Shown piece after piece: positions 1 through 12,526 of a DNA stretch of 64,000 bases. Source of the stretch: Octopus vulgaris (taxonomy: Eukaryota); the NCBI GenBank assembly GCA_951406725.2, contig OX597817.1, positions 7,564,001-7,628,000 on the forward strand. Reading direction: 5' to 3'. Numbering within the stretch: position 1 is the first letter of the stretch; the number at the start of each line of letters is the position of its first letter. Below the pieces are notes generated by a model, which searched no databases, was not told the DNA's origin, and saw nothing but the letters and a program-made list of their open reading frames with translations. Made by a program: the position numbers and the translations under genes.

Positions 1-4
1 GCCC

Positions 5-98
<94 letters not shown>

Positions 99-320
99 TT
101 ATGTGTGTATGTTAGTGTGTCTATGTTTGTTCCCACATCTTCGCTTGACAACCGATGTTGGTGTGTTTACGTCCCCATAACTTAGCTGTTCGGGAAAAGA
201 GACCGATAGAATAAATACTAGGCTTGCAAAGAATAAGTCCTAAGGTTGATTTGTTCGACTAAAGGCGGTGCTCCAGCATGGCCACAGTCGAATGACTGAA
301 GCAAACAGAAGAATAAAAGA
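1..320 (+). mobile_element. SINE with internal (TA)n/(TG)n microsatellite (family C), 3' part; head lies outside the window
   Basis: gcccgtc-(TA)n-(TG)n-cgcttgacaaccgatg..gtgtttacgtcccc..ggcggtgctccagcatggcc..aatgactgaa; same body at 12145, 39241, 42200, 55228, 58620. Confidence 0.85.
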
Positions 321-896
321 CTATATATACAAGACAACACAGTAACCATACACAGACATACTGGCTGCACTCAAAGAAATAGTACTCGATTCGTTGAAAT
401 AAAATGACTTTCGGATGAACCTCCAGCTTCTGGTACCAGGCGTGATGTCTCCACTCTTTATCGTTTCTACTGCAACTACATTGTGAACGATGATGACATC
501 ACTATCATAAGCTGTGGTCACATGTAACTGTGATTGAGATTAATCGTTTTTATTTATGATTTTTAAAAACTCTGTATTAGTCTTTTATGTTTAGTATAGG
601 TCAATGTCAATTAACTTTTCAATGCTTATGCGAACTCATCTTCTGAACGAATTGTTGATAATGGTGCTTTGTTGCCGCATTTTGTCGTAGGCGGCAAGGG
701 AAATATGGAAAGATTATACACACAATCATCGTCGCCGTATTCTAAATTAGCATTTAATTTCAGTGTTCTCTCACAGTATATTTCGAATACATGATAATTT
801 TCAGCTGGCTTTTACTATTAATAAAATGTCCAGATCTTATGTAGTACTTAGCGAAATACTGTATAGGATGGTAATGTTGCCAATAGCTTTCTATCT

Positions 897-1212
897 GCAC
901 GTTAGCACGCCGGGCGAAATGCGTAGCCGTATTTCATCTACCGTTTCATCTACCGTATTTCCTCTGAGTTCAAATTCCGCCGAGGCCGACCTTGCCTTTC
1001 ATCCTTTCGGGTCGATTAAATAAGTACCAGTTACGCACTGGTGTCGATATAATCGACTAAATCCGTTTGTCTGTCCTTGTTTGTCCTCTCTGTGTTTAGC
1101 CCCTTGTGGGTAGTAAAGAAATAGGTATTTCGTCTGCCGTTACGTTCTGAGTTCAAATTCCACCGTGGTCGATTTTGCCTTTCATCCTTTCGTGGTCGAT
1201 AAATTAAGTACC
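897..1212 (+). mobile_element. SINE family B, one unit followed by a partial internal restart
   Basis: gttagcacgccgggcgaaatgc..ctgagttcaaattccgccgagg..gcctttcatcctttcgggtcgat..gtaaagaaata, then ggtatttcgtctgccgttacg restart; about 10 copies in the window. Confidence 0.85.
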
Positions 1213-1410
1213 TAGAGTAGTAAAGAATATCTTTCCATCTGGTTTCGTTTGCTTTGTATTGGCTACCTAGTGTAACCACGTGGTCGATCATCAAGAAAGT
1301 GTCATAGCTGTTTTGCCGATGAAGTAGTTTAGTTTATGAAGTCTACAATTTACCTGTCCACAATGAATTTATTTGAAGTTCATTCTTTTAAGATCTATAA
1401 AGTCTTACGT

Positions 1411-1710
1411 GGAGGCAGATGACCTTGTGGTTAGAGCTGTGGACTCGCGGTCGAGGTATCGCTGGTTCGAATCTCAGACCCAGCAATGTGTGTGCTTATG
1501 AGGAAAACATCTGAGCTCCACGCGGCTCCGGCAGAAGGTAATGGCGAACTTCTGATTCTTTCGCCACAACTTTCTCTCACTCTTCCCTCCTGCATCTAGC
1601 AGCTCAGATGCGACGGACCGGGGTCCCGTCCAGGTGAGGAACCTATACGCCATTGAAACCGGGAAGCCGTCCCTTACGACCCAGGCATGGCTCGAGAAGG
1701 AACAAACAAA
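1411..1710 (+). mobile_element. tRNA-derived SINE (family A)
   Basis: ggaggcagatgaccttgtggttagagc (A box-like), ggttcgaatctc (B box-like); head and body shared with 29706, 30897, 40706. Confidence 0.8.
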
Positions 1711-2217
1711 AATAATGGCACACGGGTTTGTAGTTAAATGTTGATGATAAATATTTTAATTTGGATGTTTTTGTAACATACTCTAACTAGATATAATTTC
1801 CATCATCTCTCAATACCTCCGACAAAAAAGGTAATAACACCTTGTTGTCTCCAATGACATTTAATGTGACGTGAATTTAATTAAATCAACCACTTCTTTT
1901 ACCACTAATTAATGAGCACGGCCCACGATACTATGCTCCAAGCTGCCACTCCTCAGAATAAGTAAAGAGTTTCAAACAATATCTTAAATGCAATCCAAAT
2001 TAATTGTTTCAATGTGCACTGACTATAAATCCCTAAGGAATATTAATCGCTTTATAGCCTGGAAGAAATATTTGATCTGTGACAAAACTCGTTAAATCGA
2101 TCGCGTTTTCTCCACCCACGGAGATTAAAATACGTGGGTTAACAATAATACCAAACTTTCCACAGCAAAGCAAAAATGTGTGTTTACTAAAACCACATGG
2201 TCATGTTTACCTGATAC

Positions 2218-2276
<59 letters not shown>

Positions 2277-2399
2277 TAAATCTTAGATGAAACTTAGATA
2301 TGTTTCGACTAAATATTGGTCCAGGCTATGTCTAACTTAATAGCACCACTTGACAGGATTATCTAAATCCCTTTTAAGTCAAGTTTTGTGATATCATAG

Positions 2400-3090
2400 T
2401 CCACTCGAGCTGGAAGTTCTTATCGAGTAAGTTGTATCCAGGTATAAGTAGCTTATCTTGTATTCCTTGAAGAAATTTGTCCTTTTCCTCTTTGACCAGT
2501 TACGGGACAATGTTAAAGATAGCAAGGCCTGTTGAGAAAAAGAAACTGTGTTGCAGTGTATTTATGTGTTATTGTCCTGAATTGAGTAGGGGACGTAGGA
2601 CCGGTTGTCCTAGCCTTGGATGTATTTTGAAGCTAACGTTGGGATTCTTTGGGCAATGATGGTGGTATATTCTCAACATCGTGCAAATGATGTATCGCTC
2701 ACGGTGGCGCTGGAGACAATAGGGTTCCAATGCTTTAAGTCGGTCCCAGTAATCGAGATTAGTCATGTCCTTAATTCTTTTAATGAATGACCTCTGGGGT
2801 GATTCAATCTTCGAGATGCTTTGTTTTGTATGGGGAGACCACAGAGGGAGCAGTTTTCGAGGTGCGGCCATACAAAGGAGGCAAGAAGTAGAATGACAGC
2901 ACCTTGTTCTCTCGGCCGGAAGTTCTTAGGATCCAAGAGCTCCTCCTACGAGCTATATCGACCTTATTGTTGAAGTGGACTCTCCAGCTGAGATTATCAA
3001 CAATTTGTTTAGGTTTCTGATATCATTAGATGCCGTGAGAGTTTCCCCGGAAGGAAGAGAATATGGCTGTTTTAGCATAGTATGTCTGCT
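2400..3090 (-). pseudogene. Decayed non-LTR retrotransposon (CR1/L2-group-like) ORF2 C-terminal region
   Basis: ORF 2569..2871(-) PLWSPHTKQSISKIESPQRSFIKRIKDMTNLDYWDRLKALEPYCLQRHRERYIIC resembles the 'WSP..LE..QR..T+.I..L.Y..RL..L.L.SL..RR.R' post-RT motif; frames are broken and boundaries approximate. Confidence 0.75.
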
Positions 3091-3117
3091 TTTCATATAT
3101 ATATATATATATATATA

Positions 3118-3186
<69 letters not shown>

Positions 3187-3190
<4 letters not shown>

Positions 3191-3646
3191 TATTAAATAA
3201 GGGCAAAAGAAAAATTCTAATGCCAGATACGCCGAAACAAAGAATTGTCGGTAACCATTAAATTTATGCGTCTCGAAACAAGGAAGAAGCAAGCACCAAG
3301 TCACGAGCAGACTTAAGTACCTCAAATATATCCAAATGAGTATGAGTAAGTATTTCATTTATATCTCGCGTTTTTGCCGCTGAAGAGGGGAAAATTTCTT
3401 GTGAATTAACCCCGAAATTGGACCAATGCGGTAATAACGAATTTTTTAGAGATTTCTATTGGTTTGTTTCGAGACGCATAAATTTAATGGTCATCGACAA
3501 TTTTTTTGTTTCGGCGTATCTGGCATTAGATTTTTTTCTTTTGCCCTTATCTTATAAATTATGTATAAATTTTACCTTTAAAGGCATTTTTTGATATGCT
3601 GGCCATTGATAAAAAATTTTTCTCGACAAAAATGTTATCGTATATC

Positions 3647-3651
<5 letters not shown>
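3187..3651 (+). mobile_element. Fold-back Penelope-like/retrozyme-like insert between (TA)n tracts
   Basis: Inverted arms 3187-3281 / 3464-3560, about 90 nt tail 3561-3650, hammerhead fold in the spacer, (TA)n on both sides. Confidence 0.7.
3369..3439 (+). ncRNA. Type I hammerhead ribozyme motif, G at cleavage position 17 (probably inactive)
   Basis: cgtttttgccg CTGAAGA gggg..cccc GAAA ttg gac caa T G cggtaataacg: stems I, II and III all pair. Confidence 0.7.
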
Positions 3652-3683
<32 letters not shown>

Positions 3684-4642
3684 TAAATATATAACAAGGA
3701 ATAGAATTACGTGATCAACTTCAGTTGCTTCTCTTATGAAATGCAGTGCACGAACAGTTGAATGCTTGTACATCACTTTATAGCTTCTAAAAAGCTGTAT
3801 TCTGCAGAGCATATGTATATTGAGTTCTTCTACAGATTAATAATATCGCAATGCCTAAGCGAAATCTATGTACCTTTCTGCCTACCTATCTATCTATCTG
3901 TCTGTCTGTCTACATATGCATACACAAAAAAGAGTTTTGCACGTCGTTTCGTCATACGATTATTGAATACGTGATTTTCAGTGGAAAACAATCTATGATC
4001 CTGTGCAAGAAAATATTATATTGTAACCTTATACTGGAGTAAAATATGAAGCCATAAATTTATCATAAATAAACTATGCTGTACGAGTACTGTATTTCAA
4101 AGAAGAGAACATCAGCATCTTTGAAATGTTGGATATAGCGCTCAAATTGTTGCGACTTTTGTTTTACTGAGAAAGTACACATTATCACATTATATACCAC
4201 TTTACAGCAATTCTAAATAAAAGAGAACAAAATTCGGCCTGCCAACATTTGTTCAAGTCCTTTCCCATAAATGTTTGAAAATACTCTCTTCATATATTAT
4301 AGCTGACGGATGACTTCGTCTTTCAAGTGCTAATCTGTAAAAAAACACAGTGATTGTAAATTCGAGCGGTTATAACATAAAACGAATTTCTCTTCCCCCT
4401 ATTGACTGAGCAGTTAACTGAGGGACTGGGACTGACAAAGCGAAACAGGGGTCTGGATTCTATCACTCTGTATTCTGTGCTTACACATGTATCAGATGCT
4501 ACGCAATTGTAGCACAAAAGCGTATCGATATTTATTTACATACATTTATGCTGAAAATAACAATATGGCTGAAATTACAAATGTTTAGATACAAACCATC
4601 GGGTGTGTATCAGAAAATTATATGTATGTTAATGTGTAAGTA

Positions 4643-4715
<73 letters not shown>

Positions 4716-4904
4716 GTGTGTGTCTGTATTTATAGTTTTTATTATTTATATTATAGATTGGTTTTAATGCATACGAATTTTATATCTACAAACACTACAC
4801 ATTCACACAAACGTATATATATAAAGACACTTATTGACATCCACGCTTATACAGAAACAAACGCTCACACACATCTATATCTTTGTATATATGATATATA
4901 TGTT

Positions 4905-4968
<64 letters not shown>

Positions 4969-4986
4969 TATGTGTAAATATCTACA

Positions 4987-5032
<46 letters not shown>

Positions 5033-5053
5033 TATGTGTATGTATGTATGTCT

Positions 5054-5122
<69 letters not shown>

Positions 5123-6479
5123 CATACATATAATCGATACTGGCTTAAATGAGTATGCTATCTAAATAAACATTGTTCTGTAATTGGGAGCATCAAGTTC
5201 AGACGTTAAAGATTAAAAAAGTTAATACACATGATTATCTGAAGGATTTTCATACTATTTAAACTATACAAACACCTTCCCGCACACACATGAACATACA
5301 AGCAAATGTAAATAGGCACACACATACTCTCATACGCACAAGTACACACAAACACACCCATAAAGATAGGCAGATATGGTGATTTTTTTATCTGTTTGTA
5401 CAAAATTTCTTCAGATTGCACGAGAAATCTTTGTTTGTTAATCCCCACTAATGATCAGATTTTTATCTAATGTTCTCAAAATAGACAATATTTTAAAAAA
5501 ACAACCTTGATTGTGTCTTCAGTTAGCTGGCCTGCTCAGACGGGAAACCAAGGGTTGCAGAGTGTGATATGTGATATGTGATCCACAACCGGAAAAGCAA
5601 GATCATATGGACTATTAAATAAGAATCAACAAAAGTCTAATATATACATTTACACACATGTTGTTATCGTGTCATTATCCGTTATTGTTGTTCAGTCAAA
5701 AGTCAACTGAACTATCAGGTCCATGATCGAAGACATTCCAGCTGAGGCCACTCAGTCTTATTTTTTAAGGGAGTAGGATTATTTGCAGGTTGCTATTTCT
5801 AGCAGAATAAGCGACCACACAGAGACCTTTGTTTGTTGGATCGTTTCGTCATTATTTAGTAAATGGCGCTGAAATGTGACAACCAACTGTGATGACAATG
5901 AGATATATTTAGTCGCTCATTAACATCTGTTTGCATAGAATTCTGCATATCAGTAGGACGAACACACTTTTTATTAATTAGTTAGCAGCGATTATTTCGT
6001 CTCTAAGCCGGCATAGTCGGGTAAGACCGATATATTTGGTGTTCAAGAAGGGGCACATTATTAAAGGCCGGTAGAAAATATAAATGTTAAAGCATGGCTT
6101 AGCCTTACTCGCAGGCAAGTATGATTCCCTAACTTGTACTACGTCTCACCAGTTGTTTTAAGGGCCGATGCATAGATATAGACACCTTTTCTGTTCACCC
6201 GCACTTGACTCAGTGCAACACAGTGGATGTGTTAGGGTTGTAGTTAAACTAGGTCGGTACGAATTTCCAGTTGGGTAGACTTAAGCAACATAAAATGATG
6301 TGCTTAGCCCAAGGACACGACGCGTCTCTCAACCCCAAAATAATTGTGAGCCCAACGGCCTAATAGGTAGCCCACGCGCCTTCATTTAAGGATGATAGCA
6401 TTAAATAAGCCATCTTTTCTTTATGGATAATCTAGAATTGACCATCAAGTACAAACATCAATTCTGTTATTTAGTTCAA

Positions 6480-6664
6480 ATATTGGTTTCAAAATTTGAA
6501 ACAAGGCCAGTAAGTTCGGGGGAGGCGTTCAGCCGATTATATCGATCCGTGTTCAACTGGTATTTCTTTTATCGATCCCGAAAGGACGAAAGTCGACCTT
6601 GGTGATGGACGAAATGCCTCTAAACATTTTACCTGCGTGCTAACGATTCAGCCAGCTCGCCGCA
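6480..6664 (-). mobile_element. Diverged SINE family B copy
   Basis: tttatcgatcccgaaaggacgaaagtcgacct..gctaacgattcagccagctcgccgc is the reverse complement of family B. Confidence 0.7.
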
Positions 6665-7279
6665 CTATTTAGTTCAAATAGTTAAAATATTTTTGGAAAA
6701 TATCGGAAAGCAATTAAGAATTGTAAAATGCAGAGATTTCTTATTGAATTCCGGTCCCAACCTCGGAAGGATGGAATGCCAAGTCAATGTTGGGAGGCTA
6801 GAGAATTATAAAGTAAATTGACCATAACTGAATCGTTCAAGGTTTATCGTTCACTACTCTATTGAATCTAGCATTCCTCGACTCACATCAGTTTAATATT
6901 GAAAAGAAGAACAATGAAAAGTAATGAGACATAAATACCAGGCAAATGAAAAGATAAAATATGTAGAAACATATTTCAATAAGGGACAACAGTAAATGCA
7001 TAAAGGGAAATTAACACTAATATATTTACAGAAGGAATACTTCTAATAACTATAATTAAATGACAAAAATAATGATCTTGTCGTTAACATACTGACCATA
7101 ACTTTTTCGAGGCCCAGTGGAATATTACTGAATTATAAAGAAAAGATCACTTAAGATAAGAACACCAGAAACTGATTTCATTGTTTTTACTCATTCACCA
7201 ACCATATGTATACTTATTTGTATACTTGTGTGTGAAAATGCATGTTTGTGGATGCATATATACATACATTCATACATAT

Positions 7280-7355
<76 letters not shown>

Positions 7356-7412
7356 CAAAATGAGATTAAAAAAATACAAGGTTATGCAAGATCTCAGAAC
7401 ATTTATAAAGAG

Positions 7413-7459
7413 GTCTCACAGCTGTTTCCGGGATATTTATGTATCCCTTCATCAGAGAC
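7413..7459 (-). ncRNA. Minimal type I hammerhead motif in the (TA)n-flanked insert 7354-7643
   Basis: Reverse complement: gtct CTGATGA a gggata cataaa tatccc g GAAA cagctg T G agac; palindromic stem III/loop 3; position 17 is G. Confidence 0.7.
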
Positions 7460-7641
7460 GGTGCGATAAAAGGGTTAAGCAATAGTTATTGTAGAGAAGA
7501 CTTGAAATTCAGAGTGAAGTAGAGGAAGGAAAACAAACGCGAGATCCGTAAGGATACTGTATCAGCAGTTCCATTATTTGAGCAGAAGTGTGTCTGTATA
7601 AGTTTCCTGTACCTTGTATGTGTGTGTAAGTTCCAATGTTG

Positions 7642-7677
<36 letters not shown>

Positions 7678-7811
7678 TGTGTGTGTGCGTGTGTGCGTAT
7701 GTGCGTGCGTGTGTGTGTGTGTGGTTGAAATTTACAGAAAAACAAAGACGAAGATAGGGGTATAAACAACAGGCAGGTGCATTAGTTTGATGCACGGGAA
7801 GGTGAGAAAGT

Positions 7812-7847
7812 CTTTTGTGTTTCGAGCCTGCGCTCTTCAACAGAAAG
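7812..7847 (-). ncRNA. Degenerate minimal hammerhead-like motif in the (TG)n/(CA)n-flanked insert 7723-7912
   Basis: Reverse complement: cttt CTGTTGA a gagc gcag gctc GAAA ca CA aaag; related insert at 62918-63150. Confidence 0.4.
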
Positions 7848-7976
7848 GAACACGGTGAAATAAACGGAGGACAGTCTGTTGTGAAGCCACAATAATAAGA
7901 TTCGTTCCTTAATTACACACACACACATACACACACACATGCATACATATATATGTGTGTTTGTGTGTGTATGTGT

Positions 7977-8033
<57 letters not shown>

Positions 8034-9254
8034 AAGAAAGAATGGACACTGTTGGAACACCTTAGGTAATAAGAATTTTCTAATCAAAAACTGTCATTTG
8101 TGTGTATATAGAACGACATCATCCAACGTGTCTTTCCTATTTGGAATGTAGTGTGATTTCTGGGAACATGGAAGCCATCTTTAGCACATCAATTTATCAC
8201 AAATAGATTCGCAGGTTGGCTCGTGGTATTCAACGAGTCGTTTATAGAGAAGGAAACTATAATAGCGTTGATAGAAGATTAATATAGAGGAAATAATGTA
8301 TGTGTAGGTTAAAGAGTTTCTAACAGTTTAGTGTGTTCGTCATTGTCGTTCAGACAAATGGACGTTAGAATGATGGCTATCTTCTCGTTATATCTCACTC
8401 CTTAACTACTTTATCTTATTTGTCAATAATATGCAAATACACAACCACTTCAAACCACCAACGAACGTTAATGTGGCCGCTTGACCTACTAGCTAAAAAT
8501 AGCAAACAAAGCTCTCTCTCTCTCTCATTTTATGACATACAGTCCCAGAAAGGGGAAAACGTATTGGATATTACATTTCTAGATGAATAATGCATTGAAA
8601 AGATGGGACACAAACCATAACAGTTCGGTCTACTTCGTCTCTGTATCAGCTCAATCTATTTAGCTGCTATATCAGCTCAATCAAGGCAATGCGAAAGCTA
8701 AAACAAAAGATAAGAATAACTCACCACGCTACAAATAGCTGGCAAATCTCCTTTGAATCATATCATATGGAGTGGTACGTCAAATCAATCAAAAAAAATC
8801 AATACCATCAGGCACACGTAAGGCTGCGTGGTTAAGAAGTTTTCTTCACAACCACCTAGTTCTGAGTTCGATCTCTTTGCCCTGTGCTCCTTTTTCAAGA
8901 TATTTCTATCATTGCCACTGAGGTTAAGTGAAATTCATTTGAAGCAAAATGTGCAGAAAACATCCAAAGAAACTCTACATGGTTGCCCCAACCTGTTACA
9001 AATTACATAGTATACTTAAAAAGGAAAGGAACTTATAAGATAAACATTACTGTTTGTGGTGGAATTACTTTAATTTACGTTTAATTTACGATTACGTTTC
9101 TGGGATTTAAGTTTGTTTGTTTAGGCCGACCTTAAACAACAGCAATTTTTGTTCAGGGTCGATTTATGTCTGTATGTATCATTTATGATCAATGTATATC
9201 TTTTTCTCTCAATATATCTCTCTATCTCACTTTCTTCTCTCACTCTCTACCCTT

Positions 9255-9257
<3 letters not shown>

Positions 9258-9325
<68 letters not shown>
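9258..9325. repeat. (CT)n microsatellite
   Basis: Direct reading. Confidence 0.95.
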
Positions 9326-9328
<3 letters not shown>

Positions 9329-10760
9329 ACTTTTAAAATTAGTTCTTCACCCGAAACTCACATTTACTTCAATTTGTTTTCCAGTTTTCTTTCCCTTAGT
9401 AGAGTTTTAGTTGTGCTAAATGTCTCCCCTTTATATCTTTCAAAGCTGCAGTAATATGGCTTTCCCCTAGTTTTAACTTCCAGGTATCTCTACCTGGTTT
9501 CTCGATCTGATAGAAATATCTTCCAAATTTTCATAAATCTCATAATCTCTCGCCTTAAAATACCGCAGGAAATTTACCTTTCAATTATGTATTTATATAA
9601 AATATGATAAATAGATGTTTATTTAAATTTAATATTGCTTTTATTGCTTATAACAGCTTGTTATTCGGCCGGGTGGTTATGTGTAATACCAGTGTATGTT
9701 TCTTAAATGCTTTCTTATATACGGTAGCACAAATCTCTCCTAAGCATAAAACTAGCTTTGAGTTCACACAGATTAAAAGGCCCAACGAGATAGAATTACA
9801 TCTGGCGTTCTCGGTATTCATTGCTGATACGCCTTTCGTCTCCCTCCAATATATATTCTGGCTTTTAGACAAAGCACGGCCATAACAGATGTTATATGTA
9901 GCAGTAACTTTGCCTTTCAGCGATATATTTAAATTAAATATGATACATAGATAGGCAGTTTAATCTAATACTGCATCTATTGCATATAACAGATTTATAT
10001 ATACATACATACATACACACACACATATATATATATATATATATTTGCTGTAATATTTGCAGCTTTAATAAAATGTTTATAGTATGAAACAATTGTACTA
10101 AACTACCGATCCATTCTTGTTGCTTATTTTGGGGTTATATATAAGTAGGAATTTATGAGTTTAGTGTCCAACAATATTAATTTTGGAAGGAAATGTATTC
10201 GAAAAATCTCGTTCCCCGCCAAAATTATACACTGGTTTTATAGACATATATACACGCATGCATAGCTACACAATTAAATGCATACAGGGGCAAACGTATG
10301 TATATCTATGGAAATACGTACATATGTATATATGCATGTATTTTGCGTCCGTGTCAATGTAAGTGTGTAAGTGTATGTGAGTATGTATATGTATAGATAC
10401 ATGTATTTCGTTAAGTATGCATACGCGATGTATCTTATGTACGTATGTTTGTAATTATGTTCAATTATTGTGTACCGGTTGTACGTCACGCATTATTAAT
10501 TTGAAAATAAAATACCATAGAAATAGTATAAGGGAAATTAGGATAGGTGAGAAAAAGGAAAAAATAACCAAGAGGTTTATAGCAGAGCGAGAGGATGTGA
10601 ACTATTGGCAGAGAAAAGAGTAGGAGAAAAAGAATGTACGTTATTGACTCGTAGTAATAATGTAAGAGATACCCGGAAAGGAAAGGAAAATAGGAGAGAA
10701 TGTAGCACTGGGGGAGAGGAATGGGAAGAGAAACTAATAGTTAGAATGTAGGTAACAAAT

Positions 10761-10800
<40 letters not shown>

Positions 10801-10817
10801 CTATATATCTATATATA

Positions 10818-10849
<32 letters not shown>

Positions 10850-10851
<2 letters not shown>

Positions 10852-11001
10852 GGAGTAAACACATAAATGTGAAACAAGGTGGAAAAAAGAGTACTCAAAT
10901 ACCAGTGGTAGAGTAATATTCAAGCAAAAACTGTCCGACGAACAGGAACGTGAAACTCTGAGTAACAGGTTTTGTTGAATTTTCTGCTGCTTTAAATAAA
11001 G
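10850..11001 (+). mobile_element. About 150 bp hammerhead-bearing insert within (TA)n
   Basis: Non-repetitive segment bounded by (TA)n on both sides; contains the hammerhead fold at 10931-10968. Confidence 0.65.
10931..10968 (+). ncRNA. Minimal type I hammerhead, U4C core variant (CCGACGA), GUA cleavage triplet
   Basis: ctgt CCGACGA ac aggaac gt GAAA ctc t gag T A acag; stem I extendable (aaaaactgt / acaggtttt). Confidence 0.7.
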
Positions 11002-11032
<31 letters not shown>

Positions 11033-11244
11033 GTATATACATATGTATATACATATGTATGTATATCAAACAGTAGAAATATGATAAATATCGGGAAGGA
11101 GGGCGGGTGTATAGATACTAATGTATATGTGTGTAGAAGAAACGAAGAGAGTAAAAGAAGTCACGAAAGAGGACGATAGGAAAGATAAAGAATGAGAATT
11201 TGGGGCCCCCAATTATGTGATCGAAATAGAATATTATACAGGCC

Positions 11245-11823
11245 GGATATAAACTCGACAAACATCAGCCAGTAAACATTCCATTATATCTCTTTATTAA
11301 ATGATAACAAACATGTGTTTAAGGGGTACAAGGAAACGAATGAGAACAGCCAATAAATATGTAAATAGATATATATATATAGAGAGAGAGAGAGATGAAT
11401 GGATAATAATAGATAAGTTTACATATACAAATCCCTTACGGTCGTTTCTACCATGAGGTCTCAGAATCTTCCAAGTCATCCTCATCATGTGAGTTTCCTA
11501 ACATTTGTACTTTCTGAAGAAGCCTTGGGGTTCAACCCCATATCCAATCTCTGTCCAATGTTTGTTCATCCCTGTATATCACTAACATGATGAGGAGGAC
11601 TTGGAAGATTCTGAAACCGCATGGCAAAAACGGCCGTATGAGACTTGTATCTGTACGCTCATCTATCATTATCCATTCATCTCTCTCTCTCTATATATAT
11701 ATTTGTTTACGTATTTATTGGCTGATCTCCTTCGTTTACTTGCACCACTTAAATACATGTTTGTTATTTAGTAAATAGATATAATGGAATGTTTACTCGC
11801 TAATGTTTGTCGATCTCATATCC
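11245..11823. repeat. Large diverged inverted repeat (arms about 245 bp, spacer about 90 bp)
   Basis: Arms 11245-11494 / 11581-11823; ORFs 11297..11488(-) and 11587..11778(+) are mirror translations of each other. Confidence 0.9.
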
Positions 11824-12144
11824 TCTCCATTTTCTTATTTGCCTTATAAATCCTGAGTGAATTTCCAATTTACCCCAACCCATACCTAGCATTCAAATGC
11901 AATATTGCCATGCAATAGTAAACACTTCGTTAAAAGTACGCAGGTATATATCTAGTAGTATATTGGATATTTAATATCCCTTAGATGGTTTCTTAACTCC
12001 TATCTCATACAGACATATATATGTATCATATATTATATATTATATATTATATATTGAAATTCATCAAAAACAAATCCGCAATGACGACGGTGCTCCAGCA
12101 TGGCCGCAGCTCCCATGCTGTAACTAGTTAAAGAGTTATATACA

Positions 12145-12526
12145 CCTAACCGCATGGCTCCGGGTTCAGTCTCTCTGCGTGGCATTTTGGTCAAGTGTCT
12201 ACCTATAGCTTCAGGCCTATCAAAGCCTTGTGAGTGGATTTGGCATGTGGAAACTGAAAGAAGCCCGTGGTATACATATATGTGTATGTGTATCTGTATG
12301 CATATGTGCGTGTGTGTTTGTGTGTGCGCGTGTGACTTCCTGTTGCATTGCTTGACAACCGGTGTCGATGTGTTTACGTTCCAGCAACTTAGAAGTTTGG
12401 TAAAAGTGTCCGATAGAAAATTACTAGGTTTCAAAGTACTTGGGGCGATCCATTCGCCTAAAATTCTTCAAGGCAGTGCCCCAGCATAGCTGCAGTCTAA
12501 TGACTGAAACAAGCAAATGATAAAAG
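12145..12526 (+). mobile_element. SINE family C with internal microsatellite
   Basis: ccgcatggctccgggttcagtc..gaaactgaaagaagcccgt-(TG)-gcttgacaaccgg..aatgactgaaacaag. Confidence 0.85.

Noticed and set aside
1231-1299. Minus-strand hammerhead-like arrangement ctttc TTGATGA..GAAA ccaga TG gaaag
   Set aside because: The 5 bp stem I is suggestive, but C3U is uncompensated, position 17 is G, stem III mispairs and the base of stem II does not pair; not distinguishable from chance.
4548-5165. 205 aa ORF and the many other YI/HT/CV/LS-rich ORFs (e.g. 35013..35966, 49520..50250)
   Set aside because: Translations of dinucleotide or tetranucleotide microsatellites that lack stop codons; no protein-like content.
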